From a virus (Duplodnaviria; Caudoviricetes): a DNA stretch of 64,000 bases. Each line of letters begins with the position of its first letter. The first letter of the stretch is position 1. Under the pieces are notes generated by a model. It was not told the origin of the DNA, made no database searches, and saw nothing but the letters and a program-made list of their open reading frames with translations. The stretch is from positions 64,001 through 128,000 of the IMG/VR virus record IMGVR_UViG_3300035498_000530; one strand, 5' to 3'. A program made the position numbers and the translations under genes. Positions 1 through 10,325 of this stretch are shown here, in pieces.

Positions 1-810
1 TAAGAATTTAGCTTTTCTCATTGCATGCTCATTCTTAAGATGATCTGGTAATGAGACTGTTAAATCATCAACATTTGGCCCATTCAGTAATGCATTATAC
101 ATTCCACTACTAGAATTATTAGAATGCATATTGATAAGATCATTATATTGAGATCTATTATATATAGCACCGAGATTGGAATTCTTCTGTAATTTGGTTG
201 ACATAATTTCATCAGTATATTCTAATCCTTTGTCTTCCATTTTATTTCCAGTCATAAGTTCACCAAGACTAATATCTCCAAGCTCTTTATTTCTTTCAAT
301 ATTTCTATTGATAAGTTCCATAGCTTCGATTTGTTCTCTTGGTATCGGAATAGGATATTTTGGATAATCATTTCTCATATTATTAATAAGCTGCTGTTGT
401 TGTTGCATTCTTAATTGTTCTTCTTGAAAAGCTTTATATCCAAACTTATTTTCAAAATCATTATCAAATTCTTTTTCTTCTTCTGGACTAAGTGGTCCAT
501 TATAAAATTGGTCTAATGATTTGAATATATCTCTGAGTTTATTATATTCAGAGTTATATTGCTGTTGCTGCTGTAGTTCATACTGCTGCTGTTGTTGTTG
601 CATTGTATATGGGTTTACAAACCCTTGACCATAATAACCATTGTACCCCATATTATTATTGTACATATTATTTGGTCTGAAATAAGAATTATTGTTATTC
701 AATAAACTACCAATCGGTGCCGGTTGTGGCTGCATTGGACGATCATTCATATACGTTGCTGCCAAAGGACCTCTTGGTGGTCTGTTGTATTTTTGATTAA
801 AGTTGTCCAT
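1..810 (-). CDS. Partial (runs off window) hypothetical protein with N/Q/P/Y-rich low-complexity N-terminus
   Basis: Not in the ORF track. ATG at 810-808 with SD AAGAAAGGAC upstream; reads MDNFNQKYNRPPRGPLAATYMNDRPMQPQPAP...QQQQQQYELQQQQQ and stays open to position 1; early-type CATATTATA near 849-857. Confidence 0.85.
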   Translation of the reverse strand, partial: MDNFNQKYNRPPRGPLAATYMNDRPMQPQPAPIGSLLNNNNSYFRPNNMYNNNMGYNGYYGQGFVNPYTMQQQQQQYELQQQQQYNSEYNKLRDIFKSLDQFYNGPLSPEEEKEFDNDFENKFGYKAFQEEQLRMQQQQQLINNMRNDYPKYPIPIPREQIEAMELINRNIERNKELGDISLGELMTGNKMEDKGLEYTDEIMSTKLQKNSNLGAIYNRSQYNDLINMHSNNSSSGMYNALLNGPNVDDLTVSLPDHLKNEHAMRKAKFL

Positions 811-953
811 AATAAGTTTTGTCCTTTCTTGTTTCGACTTTCAACTTTATAATATGTATTTATAAAGTAAAATACCCCAAAGCGTAACTAAACGCTTTGG
901 TATATTCTTTATTCTTAAGTTTGATATTTTATAAAAAGTTACCCACAAAGGCA

Positions 954-1643
954 TTAAAAGCCTTTGTGGTTTATTAGCCTTGAATACACATCCATCTCGT
1001 CCCTCGAAGGTATACATACTATAGCTTGAGTTGGATGATTTGGTGGGTCAAAGCAAGACAAATAATTATTATAATATTCTTCTAGAAATGTTCTTGTATC
1101 GAAGTCTATTTTGTTATTATAGTAGATAAACATCTCTAGAGTTTCTCTATTAATAGCGAATCCATTTACTTTAATAAAACTTCTATAAGCTTCCTTAATT
1201 TTGGATTCATTAGATAATAATATATGTCCTCTTATATGATATAGATTGAACTTAAGATTATTTTGTATAATAAAATTAACACAATCCATAATTATTTGCT
1301 GATTCTTAACTGGCTCATCAGATGATGATACTAAAGTCAAATCAGGCTTTATATTATTCATCCATCTATAAATCCAGTCTTTAAAAGTTTCAACACATAA
1401 TCGAGAATCGCTTATTATATTTATTTGATCATATGATTCTCTATACTTTAAAGCAAGTTGAAGAGCCATTTTAATTCCAGTAAGTTCTGACATATTATTT
1501 GTAAATCCATATAATACTTCTTTGGTCTCTTCAACTACATCTTTATTCCCATAAACTGCTACTGCACCTGCACAACCGATACTAGTATTATTTCTAGGAT
1601 CCGTCATCATTGATGCATCACTAAATATGTTTAAAATTTTCAT
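954..1643 (-). CDS. rnhA: Ribonuclease HI
   Basis: RNase H motifs IFSDAS, TNNMSELTGI, ISDSRLCV, YHIRGH, NNKID. Confidence 0.85.
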   Translation of the reverse strand: MKILNIFSDASMMTDPRNNTSIGCAGAVAVYGNKDVVEETKEVLYGFTNNMSELTGIKMALQLALKYRESYDQINIISDSRLCVETFKDWIYRWMNNIKPDLTLVSSSDEPVKNQQIIMDCVNFIIQNNLKFNLYHIRGHILLSNESKIKEAYRSFIKVNGFAINRETLEMFIYYNNKIDFDTRTFLEEYYNNYLSCFDPPNHPTQAIVCIPSRDEMDVYSRLINHKGF

Positions 1644-1664
1644 TTTCTTTATCTCCTTATTAGA

Positions 1665-2333
1665 TTATTCTTGGTAAACTAATTCTTTTCCGGTACTCCT
1701 CTCCCAGAAACTTATGATTGGTTCAAATATTGTTTTCAAATCATTGTATACAAGATCTATACCAAAATAGTCTGCACCTTTATTAATATGACCATTTTTA
1801 TCTATATGAAATATAGCTAGATTAAAGTATCTCTTATGACTATCATTTTCAGTGAGTTTAATACTCATAAAGGTTCTACCTTTATCATCATATCTCTTGT
1901 TGGACATCTTCATCTGAATATAATATTTTCCAGTAATATTCTTCCATTCATATCCATATTTAAGAATAATATTTTTGATATATGCTAATTGTTTATCTGT
2001 ATCATCATATATTTCCTTAGACATCTTTCTATTTGGTTCTATGATTCCACTAGTAAACAAATTATCAGCAAAGTCTTCTATACTGATTTCAAGGCCATCG
2101 TCGTTGGTATCTTCTCTTATCATTTTAATAACACTTATAGTTTTCTTAAAATGCCTTCTATGATGTTCATCCTTCCTATATAACTTCATCAGAGTTTGTT
2201 GATTTCTCGACGAAACTTCTATATCGAAATAAACACTATTATTATCCTTGGTCCATTGATGGGCCCATTTGTAATATTTCTTAAATAGCATGCTATCATC
2301 CTCCTTAAGTATTATTAAATCTATAATATACAA
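1665..2333 (-). CDS. Hypothetical protein (true start probably the internal MLFKK, which follows an AAGGAGG SD)
   Basis: 222-aa ORF, no recognisable motif. Confidence 0.7.
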   Translation of the reverse strand: MYIIDLIILKEDDSMLFKKYYKWAHQWTKDNNSVYFDIEVSSRNQQTLMKLYRKDEHHRRHFKKTISVIKMIREDTNDDGLEISIEDFADNLFTSGIIEPNRKMSKEIYDDTDKQLAYIKNIILKYGYEWKNITGKYYIQMKMSNKRYDDKGRTFMSIKLTENDSHKRYFNLAIFHIDKNGHINKGADYFGIDLVYNDLKTIFEPIISFWERSTGKELVYQE

Positions 2334-2399
2334 TCTCTTTTTACATTATAAAAGGCTTTAGCAGTATAAAACCGCTAAAGCCATATGGAAAGGAGAAAG

Positions 2400-2852
2400 T
2401 TAAAATGATTTTGACTTTACAATCTTAATATTATTCTGTTTGAGATCGTTAATAGCAGAAAGCATACTACTTGCTGCTCTAGACTTTCTCTGTTTTGGTG
2501 CGGTATTTTCTTCAATAAAGTTTCTAATACTTGCATTTGATTCTATTACTACAAAACAATTGTCTGCATTAATAGAATTAGCATTAGCTACAGTAAATAC
2601 TGCTTCAGAGATACTCATATTCTGATCTTTAGCAAGTCTAGCAACATTCTCAATTTCCATAAAATAGTTACCTTTTGATTCGATTACAGTTACCATTTCT
2701 GGAGTAAACTCCATTACACTTTCTGGTACAGTTCTACAACTTTCAACTTCGTTCATAAGTTCATCAATAACATAACTATCTGTAGCATTTTCTACAACAG
2801 AAGTTTCTGCTTTGACAGATTCAGTTATGATGTTATATGCACTATTAAGCAT
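2400..2852 (-). CDS. Hypothetical protein, possibly virion-internal
   Basis: AAGGAGG SD; acidic, with ITES/VVEN/EVES/VIES motifs like prohead-protease substrates. Confidence 0.65.
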   Translation of the reverse strand: MLNSAYNIITESVKAETSVVENATDSYVIDELMNEVESCRTVPESVMEFTPEMVTVIESKGNYFMEIENVARLAKDQNMSISEAVFTVANANSINADNCFVVIESNASIRNFIEENTAPKQRKSRAASSMLSAINDLKQNNIKIVKSKSF

Positions 2853-2869
2853 AGTATTTCCTCCTTTAT

Positions 2870-3352
2870 TTAATCTTTATTATATGTTTCCTTAATTTTA
2901 TGAACTAAACGACCATTATGTAGTTCTACATAAGAATCGATAATATCCTCATACCTTTTCAATATTCCAGAGCCAGTAATATATGCATTACCATATACTT
3001 GAATAGCTCCTTCTAATTCAACATCTTCTCCAACTCTTGCACATCCTTTAATGCAGCAACTTCCCCCAACAATAGCATTATCCATCAATATAGCATTACC
3101 AGATATGCAAGCTTCATCTTTAAGTATGGCATTATTTAAAACGATTGCTTTAGAGTATGCTCTAGCGTCCCCGTAAATCCAGCTTGTACCATACTGGGAA
3201 AGATTATATTCAGATTGAACATATCCTCCGATATCCCCTGCCTTCACGTCATTAAAATCCTTTAATGCTTTTATCCTATGTAATATCATACCATGTCCAT
3301 ACTTATGTATCGTAATATATAAATCTGGACATATTATATACTTTTCAGCCAA
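2870..3352 (-). CDS. Hexapeptide-repeat (left-handed beta-helix-like) phage protein
   Basis: RIKALKDFNDVKAGDIGGYVQSEYNLSQYGTSWIYGDA followed by (I/V)xGxA hexapeptide repeats. Confidence 0.75.
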   Translation of the reverse strand: MAEKYIICPDLYITIHKYGHGMILHRIKALKDFNDVKAGDIGGYVQSEYNLSQYGTSWIYGDARAYSKAIVLNNAILKDEACISGNAILMDNAIVGGSCCIKGCARVGEDVELEGAIQVYGNAYITGSGILKRYEDIIDSYVELHNGRLVHKIKETYNKD

Positions 3353-3366
3353 CCTCTATCCTCCTT

Positions 3367-4113
3367 TCAATCAGAGACATTTAAACCAATACTTTCCTTA
3401 CTAGATTTAGACATAATATCTTTCATCATATTTATAATTTCCTGTTTTGTAGGAAGATTCCAAGATCCAGATGCATCTACATAGATATAGTGTTTATCTA
3501 AGAATTGATAAGCGTCAGAGCTATTCCATATCTTAGTATATTCTTCTATTCTATTTAATACATCCATCTGATCTGGAGTTATAAAGTCCTCATACTCGTT
3601 AGCGAATTCTCTATACTTACCCATTACATGTGTTGTGGGGATAAATATGTACTGATTATGAACAAGTTCATGAACAGTTTCAGATAATGGTATAAGACCA
3701 ACTTTAAGTTGATAATGAAGTTTAATAACTTCTTCTGCAACAAGCTCTACATCTAATGATTCATACATAGCTTGTCTTTTTCTTACAACAATCCATATTA
3801 TATCTTCAATACAAAATGGATCATGATGTATATGTATCTTTATATTAGCTGATTCAGCATTAGATACACTTTCATAAAAACTACATTTATTCATGTCAAG
3901 ATTTTCTCTCATAAACTGAATCAATGTTTGATATTCAAAAGATCCTCTGCATATACGTTTAATATCTAATATATACCTTTGAAATTCTTTATCATCTGAT
4001 AGATTATAGTCAGGGATGTCATAGTCAGGAACTTGATTAAGTTTAACTACGCTGACTCTATCGGAATCAAATACAGGCTGTATAAGATTACTGGGATCCC
4101 TCATTTGTACCAC
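3367..4113 (-). CDS. Putative HNH-like nuclease-fold protein
   Basis: KCSF...IHIHHDP...LIPLSETVHELVHNQ resembles the beta-beta-alpha-Me core; late-type promoter AACA-TTATAG-TA upstream. Confidence 0.5.
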   Translation of the reverse strand: MVQMRDPSNLIQPVFDSDRVSVVKLNQVPDYDIPDYNLSDDKEFQRYILDIKRICRGSFEYQTLIQFMRENLDMNKCSFYESVSNAESANIKIHIHHDPFCIEDIIWIVVRKRQAMYESLDVELVAEEVIKLHYQLKVGLIPLSETVHELVHNQYIFIPTTHVMGKYREFANEYEDFITPDQMDVLNRIEEYTKIWNSSDAYQFLDKHYIYVDASGSWNLPTKQEIINMMKDIMSKSSKESIGLNVSD

Positions 4114-4164
4114 CTTCCTTATATAAATACTTTACTATAATGTTTAATGTACCGAAAATGGACA

Positions 4165-4286
4165 AAAAATAAAAAAGGGGTGCCGTAGGATATCTATCCT
4201 ACGGCAAGTTCTTGTAATGAAAAATGACTATAGTTTAAACACTAAATACTTAAACACAAGGAGTATTTATTGCTTTTTACTTCATC
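4165..4286 (-). ncRNA. Candidate small RNA (~120 nt)
   Basis: Promoter AACT-ATACAA-TG (4297-4286); internal hairpin 4243-4269 with CCUUGUG loop; terminator 4181-4206 plus U-tract; no ORF. Confidence 0.5.
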
Positions 4287-4314
4287 ATTGTATAGTTAGT
4301 ATTGTAATAATTTA

Positions 4315-5049
4315 TTACACATCTTGTATTTTGATAAGTAAAGACTTTAAGTAGCTTAATGTATCAGCTGCAAAATAGTTATACTTTTCAAATTTAGATT
4401 CAAATAACAAAGAATTTTCATAAAGATGTAAATTATCCAAAGCATTTTCTGGATCATCAATGTTATTTACTCTATAGTTTAAAGATAATAACACATCATG
4501 AAGATATTGTATTAATCTTTTTGCTTCTTCTTTATCTACATTATCAGGAACTCTATGATCAATATTGATCTGTGTATCACTTGTATCTTTTTGCTTAATA
4601 GTAAGCTCGTAATCTTTAAGAAGATCTAATGAATAATTATATAAGAACTCTGTTGCAATATTAAGAATATCGCATATAGGTCCTTCTTTCATATTGCTAC
4701 TATTTAAAGATCCAGAATTTGTCAAATCAATAAATCGCCTAATATATTTATCTTTTTTAGGATCATATTCTTCCATAGATATATTTCTATCAAATTCATG
4801 CTTATCTACTATATACTCATCAAGTTCCCAACCCCTTTTCATAATTTGGTGCATCTCAATATTTGAAATTCTACAAGCATGAATTATAAGATGTATTGCA
4901 TCTACATAACTAAATTTAGAATTCTTTATATACTTATCGTAATCTATAAGTGATACTAATTCATAAACAGATATAATATCTACATCTGTATTCATTGCCT
5001 TCTTCAATATTGAAATTGTTGCTTCTTTAAGTTTCATGTAGTTTTCCAT
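4315..5049 (-). CDS. Hypothetical protein, paralog family A
   Basis: Shares EYDPKKD.YIR and DI.NIATE.LY..SL.LLKDYE with 5049..6722. Confidence 0.8.
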   Translation of the reverse strand: MENYMKLKEATISILKKAMNTDVDIISVYELVSLIDYDKYIKNSKFSYVDAIHLIIHACRISNIEMHQIMKRGWELDEYIVDKHEFDRNISMEEYDPKKDKYIRRFIDLTNSGSLNSSNMKEGPICDILNIATEFLYNYSLDLLKDYELTIKQKDTSDTQINIDHRVPDNVDKEEAKRLIQYLHDVLLSLNYRVNNIDDPENALDNLHLYENSLLFESKFEKYNYFAADTLSYLKSLLIKIQDV

Positions 5050-6722
5050 TATTCATCCTCCTCAATATTCTTTCCCACAGAAGGTGACTTTAAATATCCG
5101 ATTATACTAGATGCAAATGCTGCGCATTGGGCACCTGATAATTCTTTTGCCTTGGTTTCATAAAAATTTAAAAAAGATAAAGTATTTTTTGCATGATGCT
5201 GTACTCCATCTAAAACTTTGTTTACAAATATTAACATGTCTTCAGCATCTTCTTTAATTGATGATTTTATTACTGAATATAATCTTGATTCTATGTTTTT
5301 CTGAATATGCCTTGGTTCTTCAATTCTATTCTTATCTGGCATATAAAGAATACTTATAAAGAATTCATAGTTATCTTTAAGTCTATATTCTAAATCATAC
5401 TTGAAGAGATAGTCTGCTCTCTGTCTTAAAATAAATTTAATAGCAGAATAGTATGTGTCTTTAAAATCATCTAATAATACCATATTGATAAATCGTATAG
5501 ATTTAGATGATTTTAATTCATATATTGATTCTGTTATATCATTTATAAAAATATTTATAAAATGACTATACTTTAATTTTATTAGCTCATCATCTATATT
5601 ATAGACTGGCTTTTTGAAAAATACAGAATCAATATATCCGTTTAATATACAATTGCTAATATAATTAATTCTTTCTCTAAAGAAATCCACGTAATTATCA
5701 ATGATTTTCATAATACCATCATAGTCTTCTTTATATTTATAATCATAGATATAATATTTATTGATAAATTGTCTTTTGACACTATCCATATCAAATTCTG
5801 CTTTAGAATCTTGTGAATCTGTAGAATTATCAGATTTCTCATTATCAGATAACCAATTTTCTTTTTCTGATATTCTCTTAATCATAGATTGAATATCATT
5901 ACAGATATACTTAATCATATTATATAAAGAAATAGCATCTTTATTTTCTAAGCGTGTTCCATCTGGAACTTTTGTTCTACTATAGACATATTCAAATAAA
6001 TCTTTATCTGTTATAAATCTTTTTTCTTTTATACACTTTGAAAGAATTTCGTCTGCTGCCATTATACTACCATATATCATATCAAAAAACAATGTGTCTC
6101 CACCAAAATAAATATTACAGAAAAGCGTTGCTTTACCGCCTGCAAATCTTCTATAATATTCAGCATCTTCAGAATAGCATGAAATGAGATCATCTAATTC
6201 TTCATCTAGTTCTGTATTGCCTTCATAATCTTTAAGAAGATTTAATGAATGATCATATAATAATTCTGTTGCAATATTGATTATATCATCCATAATACTC
6301 CCTATACTAGGAATACTATTAACGCTTACAGTATCAGGAGATTTATTCGTAGATAAGTAATGTCTAATACAATTATCCTTCTTAGGATCATAGTCTTCTT
6401 CTGACTCTTCTTTACAGAAATTATGTCTTGAGCAAATATATTCATAAAGATCTCCATTATGCCTTATAATACTCTGCATTTCTTGCTCTTGCTTACAGCA
6501 ATAAAATGCTACATTAGCTATATTATGACACATAGAAAATCCTATTTCTGATGCAAATAATGGACCTCTAAATATACTCATTTCATCATTATCTGGAGCA
6601 GTAATAGTTGATACATAATCAAATATTCTATCTGCAGCTCTATCTGGTCTACCTTCATTCATTGCGTCTGTTAAAGCTTCCTCCACTTCAACTCTAAGTT
6701 GATCATAGTTATAGTTTTTCAT
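5049..6722 (-). CDS. Hypothetical protein, paralog family A (long form)
   Basis: 557-aa ORF, SD AAGGAGG, early-type promoter at 6781-6789. Confidence 0.85.
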   Translation of the reverse strand: MKNYNYDQLRVEVEEALTDAMNEGRPDRAADRIFDYVSTITAPDNDEMSIFRGPLFASEIGFSMCHNIANVAFYCCKQEQEMQSIIRHNGDLYEYICSRHNFCKEESEEDYDPKKDNCIRHYLSTNKSPDTVSVNSIPSIGSIMDDIINIATELLYDHSLNLLKDYEGNTELDEELDDLISCYSEDAEYYRRFAGGKATLFCNIYFGGDTLFFDMIYGSIMAADEILSKCIKEKRFITDKDLFEYVYSRTKVPDGTRLENKDAISLYNMIKYICNDIQSMIKRISEKENWLSDNEKSDNSTDSQDSKAEFDMDSVKRQFINKYYIYDYKYKEDYDGIMKIIDNYVDFFRERINYISNCILNGYIDSVFFKKPVYNIDDELIKLKYSHFINIFINDITESIYELKSSKSIRFINMVLLDDFKDTYYSAIKFILRQRADYLFKYDLEYRLKDNYEFFISILYMPDKNRIEEPRHIQKNIESRLYSVIKSSIKEDAEDMLIFVNKVLDGVQHHAKNTLSFLNFYETKAKELSGAQCAAFASSIIGYLKSPSVGKNIEEDE

Positions 6723-6821
6723 TTTCGTTGTCCTCCTTATTGATCTTATAGTGTATTATATAACTTCTGTTATACAGATCTATAATATATAGTCAAAGCA
6801 TATTTAAATTATAAAAAATAA

Positions 6822-6849
6822 AACCCTAGAGCTATTACACTCTAGGGTT
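6822..6849 (-). terminator. Intrinsic terminator (CCCTAG family)
   Basis: AACCCTAGAG...CTCTAGGGTT stem followed by a U-tract on the minus strand. Confidence 0.8.
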
Positions 6850-6888
6850 ATTATTACAATAATATCAAGACTCATGCTTTGAATCTAT

Positions 6889-8322
6889 TCATTCTTTAAC
6901 ATGATTTTTAATATCAATATCTTTATCTGTAGTACTTGATGTTGGATTATTACTTAAGCCAGCCATACTATTATACAAATCCTGTTCAGATGGATCTACT
7001 ACAGGTTTAGGATCACACTTAGGTCCAGTATATGCAGTATTCTGATTAAAACTATATATGGGTGCTCCATAGTTAAGCTGCTGACCATAGTCAAATGGCA
7101 ACTGCTGATAAGGTTTAAATCCTGGATAATACTGCTGCGGCTGACCATACTGCATATGTGGGGTAAACGGATTCCAAGATTCATTCTTACTAGGATCATT
7201 ACTATAGTATTTTCTCTTATCTTCAAGTATAACCCTACAGCATTTATGCACCTCATTCATTATTCTTTCATCAAATAAATACAATAAAAAGTTCTTTTGA
7301 TTACCTGATAATGACTCGTTATCATATATACTATGTCTTATTTCATCGATTTCAAGTACTACACAAGAAAATGCTTCTACCTTGTTATTATGCTGTATAT
7401 TGATACTTGCATACAAATTAACAGAAATATTAAATAATTTATCGAGATATTCACGTAACCATTCAAAGCTACTTTCATTTTTACAATATTCTGAAAATTT
7501 GTTTTCTATATCATCAAATTCTTTTCTGATATAACCAGGTTTATTTAATGATAATACATAACCAATACAGTCATATGCAATAGAATACCTAGATCCGAGC
7601 AAATTAAAAAGAACAAAATCAAATGATATTTTATTATGCAGTTCTTCTATGAATTCATCATACATTTTCAAATTGAAGTACTCTTTAATAATATCAGGAA
7701 TGCATTTTACTAAATATTCAGTAAATAAGATTTGAGTAGACTCTTTATAATCTGCTAAATCTTTCTCTATATTAATAGCAGTATCCATCCTATAATTTAT
7801 ATGATCCATAAAGTATTCAATCCAGTCAGCGCTATAATTGCTGCATGAAAATGGAAAACGACTTTTTAATGCTATGATTCTGTCATTTAATGAACTTTCT
7901 GAAGAGTTTATACTTGTGCATCCATGATGCATAAAATCTATAGCTAAAAGTTTTTCATAATTACGATCATACATAGAATCATATAAACTCATACCAATCA
8001 ATATATCATGATCGTTGAATCTTAATGAAGAATAAGAATAGATTACTGCAGGATCCAATGATACCATATCTTTTATTTTAGATACAATATAATTAAAAAG
8101 ATCATTAACTTTAGCTATTTTCTTATCCTCCAATGTAATTCTACAATATGATTTTCCATTAGAATCTGGTGTATAGAGCAACAAAGCTACATCTTTTGTA
8201 AATTTCTTATAAATGTCTTGATCATTAACAATATTATCAACCGAATATACTACTTGCTTTTGATCTTGATAAATAAAATCACCCATCTCCATTACTTCGT
8301 TTAAAAGTTCTTTTCTAATCAT
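6889..8322 (-). CDS. Hypothetical early protein, paralog family B
   Basis: KFTKDVALLLY, IPDIIKEY and KNFLLY motifs shared with 8503..9642 and 13375..14553; Q/Y/P-rich C-terminus. Confidence 0.85.
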   Translation of the reverse strand: MIRKELLNEVMEMGDFIYQDQKQVVYSVDNIVNDQDIYKKFTKDVALLLYTPDSNGKSYCRITLEDKKIAKVNDLFNYIVSKIKDMVSLDPAVIYSYSSLRFNDHDILIGMSLYDSMYDRNYEKLLAIDFMHHGCTSINSSESSLNDRIIALKSRFPFSCSNYSADWIEYFMDHINYRMDTAINIEKDLADYKESTQILFTEYLVKCIPDIIKEYFNLKMYDEFIEELHNKISFDFVLFNLLGSRYSIAYDCIGYVLSLNKPGYIRKEFDDIENKFSEYCKNESSFEWLREYLDKLFNISVNLYASINIQHNNKVEAFSCVVLEIDEIRHSIYDNESLSGNQKNFLLYLFDERIMNEVHKCCRVILEDKRKYYSNDPSKNESWNPFTPHMQYGQPQQYYPGFKPYQQLPFDYGQQLNYGAPIYSFNQNTAYTGPKCDPKPVVDPSEQDLYNSMAGLSNNPTSSTTDKDIDIKNHVKE

Positions 8323-8409
8323 AGTAGTTTCCTTTCTTGTATCTTAGTAGATACCTATGTATTATTATTTAGCTCAACATAATTGCTATATTATTACTAT
8401 TATAATATG
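8323..8409 (-). promoter_or_regulatory. Conserved early promoter + structured 5' leader, copy 1
   Basis: CATATTATA; UAGC-AAUUAUGUUGA-GCUA; AAUAAUACAUAG; GUAUCU-ACUA-AGAUAC; SD AAGAAAGGA. Confidence 0.8.
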
Positions 8410-8440
8410 TAACCATATGTACTAAGAATAGCAAAAAATA

Positions 8441-8468
8441 AACCCTAGTAGAATGAACTACTAGGGTT
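8441..8468 (-). terminator. Intrinsic terminator (CCCTAGTAG family)
   Basis: AACCCTAGTAG-AATGAA-CTACTAGGGTT. Confidence 0.85.
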
Positions 8469-8502
8469 ATTATTAATCAACAACATTAGTGCTTATGATC
8501 AT

Positions 8503-9642
8503 TTATTTTCTTCCATCATATGATGGAAAATTCTTATCTGGTGCTACAGTATTTAAATTATCCATCCAAGAAGTATTTCTATTATTAAATAAAGCCGCAC
8601 CAGCATCATATGGATTATTAGAATTAGACTCTAATGATGAAACTCTATATTCATCTTTACTTAATGAGAATATAGAATCTTTTATAGATTCGATAAGCTT
8701 TTGAGAAATATATAATAAAAATTCTTTTTCATTCTTAGACATTCTTGATCTTTTAATAGAATCTTCTATATTTTCAATTTCAGAAGAAGCATTTACATAA
8801 TTACGTTTCTTAAATATAGTAAATCGCAAATTATCTTTAATTGAGTCATATGGCATATTAAGTTCTTTACAAGAAGATATAGACTCAAGTAATTTTATTA
8901 TAAATTCATATGATTTTTGTTTTGGCTGGTATGATTCATCAAAGTATTTTGAATATTCATCATCAAATAACTTAAAATACTCATAAGTTTGTTTATCATT
9001 ATTACGACTCTCTAAATTAATCATTAGATCATATATTCTTGAATAATGGGCTGGATTTTGTCTATATAAAAATAAGGTGAATGGTATTTCATCTGTTTTA
9101 TCATCCAGATTATAATTAGCAACATAAGTTGCAAGATAGTATCTAAATATATCTGGTATACTATCATATATAAACTTTGCCAATAGTATATAATTAGGAG
9201 TTTTGCAATCTCCTAAAAATTGTTTAATATCAAACTTTCCCTTAAAAGCATAGCACCATGAACAATTATATATTCTTTCACCATTTGCGCCAGTATAATT
9301 AGTATTATATAAAATACTGTATAATATATCTACTTTATTTACATTAACACCCTGATTATATAAAGATTCAGCATTTAAAAGTTCATAATGCGGTATTTGA
9401 AGATATTTAGTATAAAAATCATCTGATGATCTTATATATTTACTGATTGGATCAATAATCCTATAAAAATCATCATTTATGGTTTTATAATTTGAATTAT
9501 CAAACAAATCTATAGTTGTACCTTCATATAAAGCAATAGTTAAACTACTCATAAATTCATGATATGATCTTTGATTAGAAATGATATCATATAACTTATA
9601 ATTATAATTTTGAGTATTGTTGCAATTTTCTTTCTTGTCCAT
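8503..9642 (-). CDS. Hypothetical early protein, paralog family B
   Basis: IPDIFRYY and EIENIEDSI...KEFLLY align with 6889..8322. Confidence 0.85.
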   Translation of the reverse strand: MDKKENCNNTQNYNYKLYDIISNQRSYHEFMSSLTIALYEGTTIDLFDNSNYKTINDDFYRIIDPISKYIRSSDDFYTKYLQIPHYELLNAESLYNQGVNVNKVDILYSILYNTNYTGANGERIYNCSWCYAFKGKFDIKQFLGDCKTPNYILLAKFIYDSIPDIFRYYLATYVANYNLDDKTDEIPFTLFLYRQNPAHYSRIYDLMINLESRNNDKQTYEYFKLFDDEYSKYFDESYQPKQKSYEFIIKLLESISSCKELNMPYDSIKDNLRFTIFKKRNYVNASSEIENIEDSIKRSRMSKNEKEFLLYISQKLIESIKDSIFSLSKDEYRVSSLESNSNNPYDAGAALFNNRNTSWMDNLNTVAPDKNFPSYDGRK

Positions 9643-9735
9643 AATTCTTATCCTTTCTTGTATCTTTTAAGATACTTATGTACATATTTATTATTAGCTT
9701 AGTACAATCGCTATATTTTATACTAATATAATATG
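9643..9735 (-). promoter_or_regulatory. Conserved early promoter + structured 5' leader, copy 2 (divergent loop)
   Basis: CATATTATA; UAGC-GAUUGUACUAA-GCUA; AUGUACAUAA; GUAUCU-UAAA-AGAUAC; AAGAAAGGA. Confidence 0.75.
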
Positions 9736-9767
9736 TGGTTAAATGGCATTTAACAAAAAATAAAACC

Positions 9768-10325
9768 CTAGTAGTATGAACTACTAGGGCTATTACTAAT
9801 CATAATATTAATATTTAAGTATTTACTACCAAATTCTTTTTCTAAATCTTCTAATATTTCATCTAACCATTCCATACGATTGTAAATAGGTGTAACAGGA
9901 TAAGTATTATTATTTTGCTCAATCTCAATAATAGGACTTATAGTAGGAATTAATGTTTTAATAGGTTTCAATTGATTATATTCTTCTGATCTATGAATTT
10001 CAGCTATAACATAGTAATCATAGAATCTATTTTCTCCTATATCATTAGCAGATTCTATAGTAGAATAGTCATCGCCTATATCTATAATCTTAAATCCGTA
10101 TCCATCAATATTGTTCAAGGAACATAGTTTATTAGTAATTCCAATACCAAAATCACTATATCTCCACTTTACATATTCATACTCTATATAATAGTATGGA
10201 GTTTCTTTTCCATTACCACTATAATACTTTATTGTATCTGCATAAGATAACTCTCTATAAAGATTCTTTATCTCTTCAAATGCTTTATTTTCGCATAATA
10301 TTATTACCTGAGATCTGAATCCCAT
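9768..10325 (-). CDS. Hypothetical protein
   Basis: 185-aa ORF; its stop lies inside the terminator hairpin 9766-9789. Confidence 0.75.
   Translation of the reverse strand: MGFRSQVIILCENKAFEEIKNLYRELSYADTIKYYSGNGKETPYYYIEYEYVKWRYSDFGIGITNKLCSLNNIDGYGFKIIDIGDDYSTIESANDIGENRFYDYYVIAEIHRSEEYNQLKPIKTLIPTISPIIEIEQNNNTYPVTPIYNRMEWLDEILEDLEKEFGSKYLNINIMISNSPSSSYY

Noticed and set aside
8339-8390. Leader as a bona fide preQ1-I riboswitch
   Set aside because: Only the topology is similar; the conserved preQ1 loop residues are absent and the downstream genes show no queuosine link
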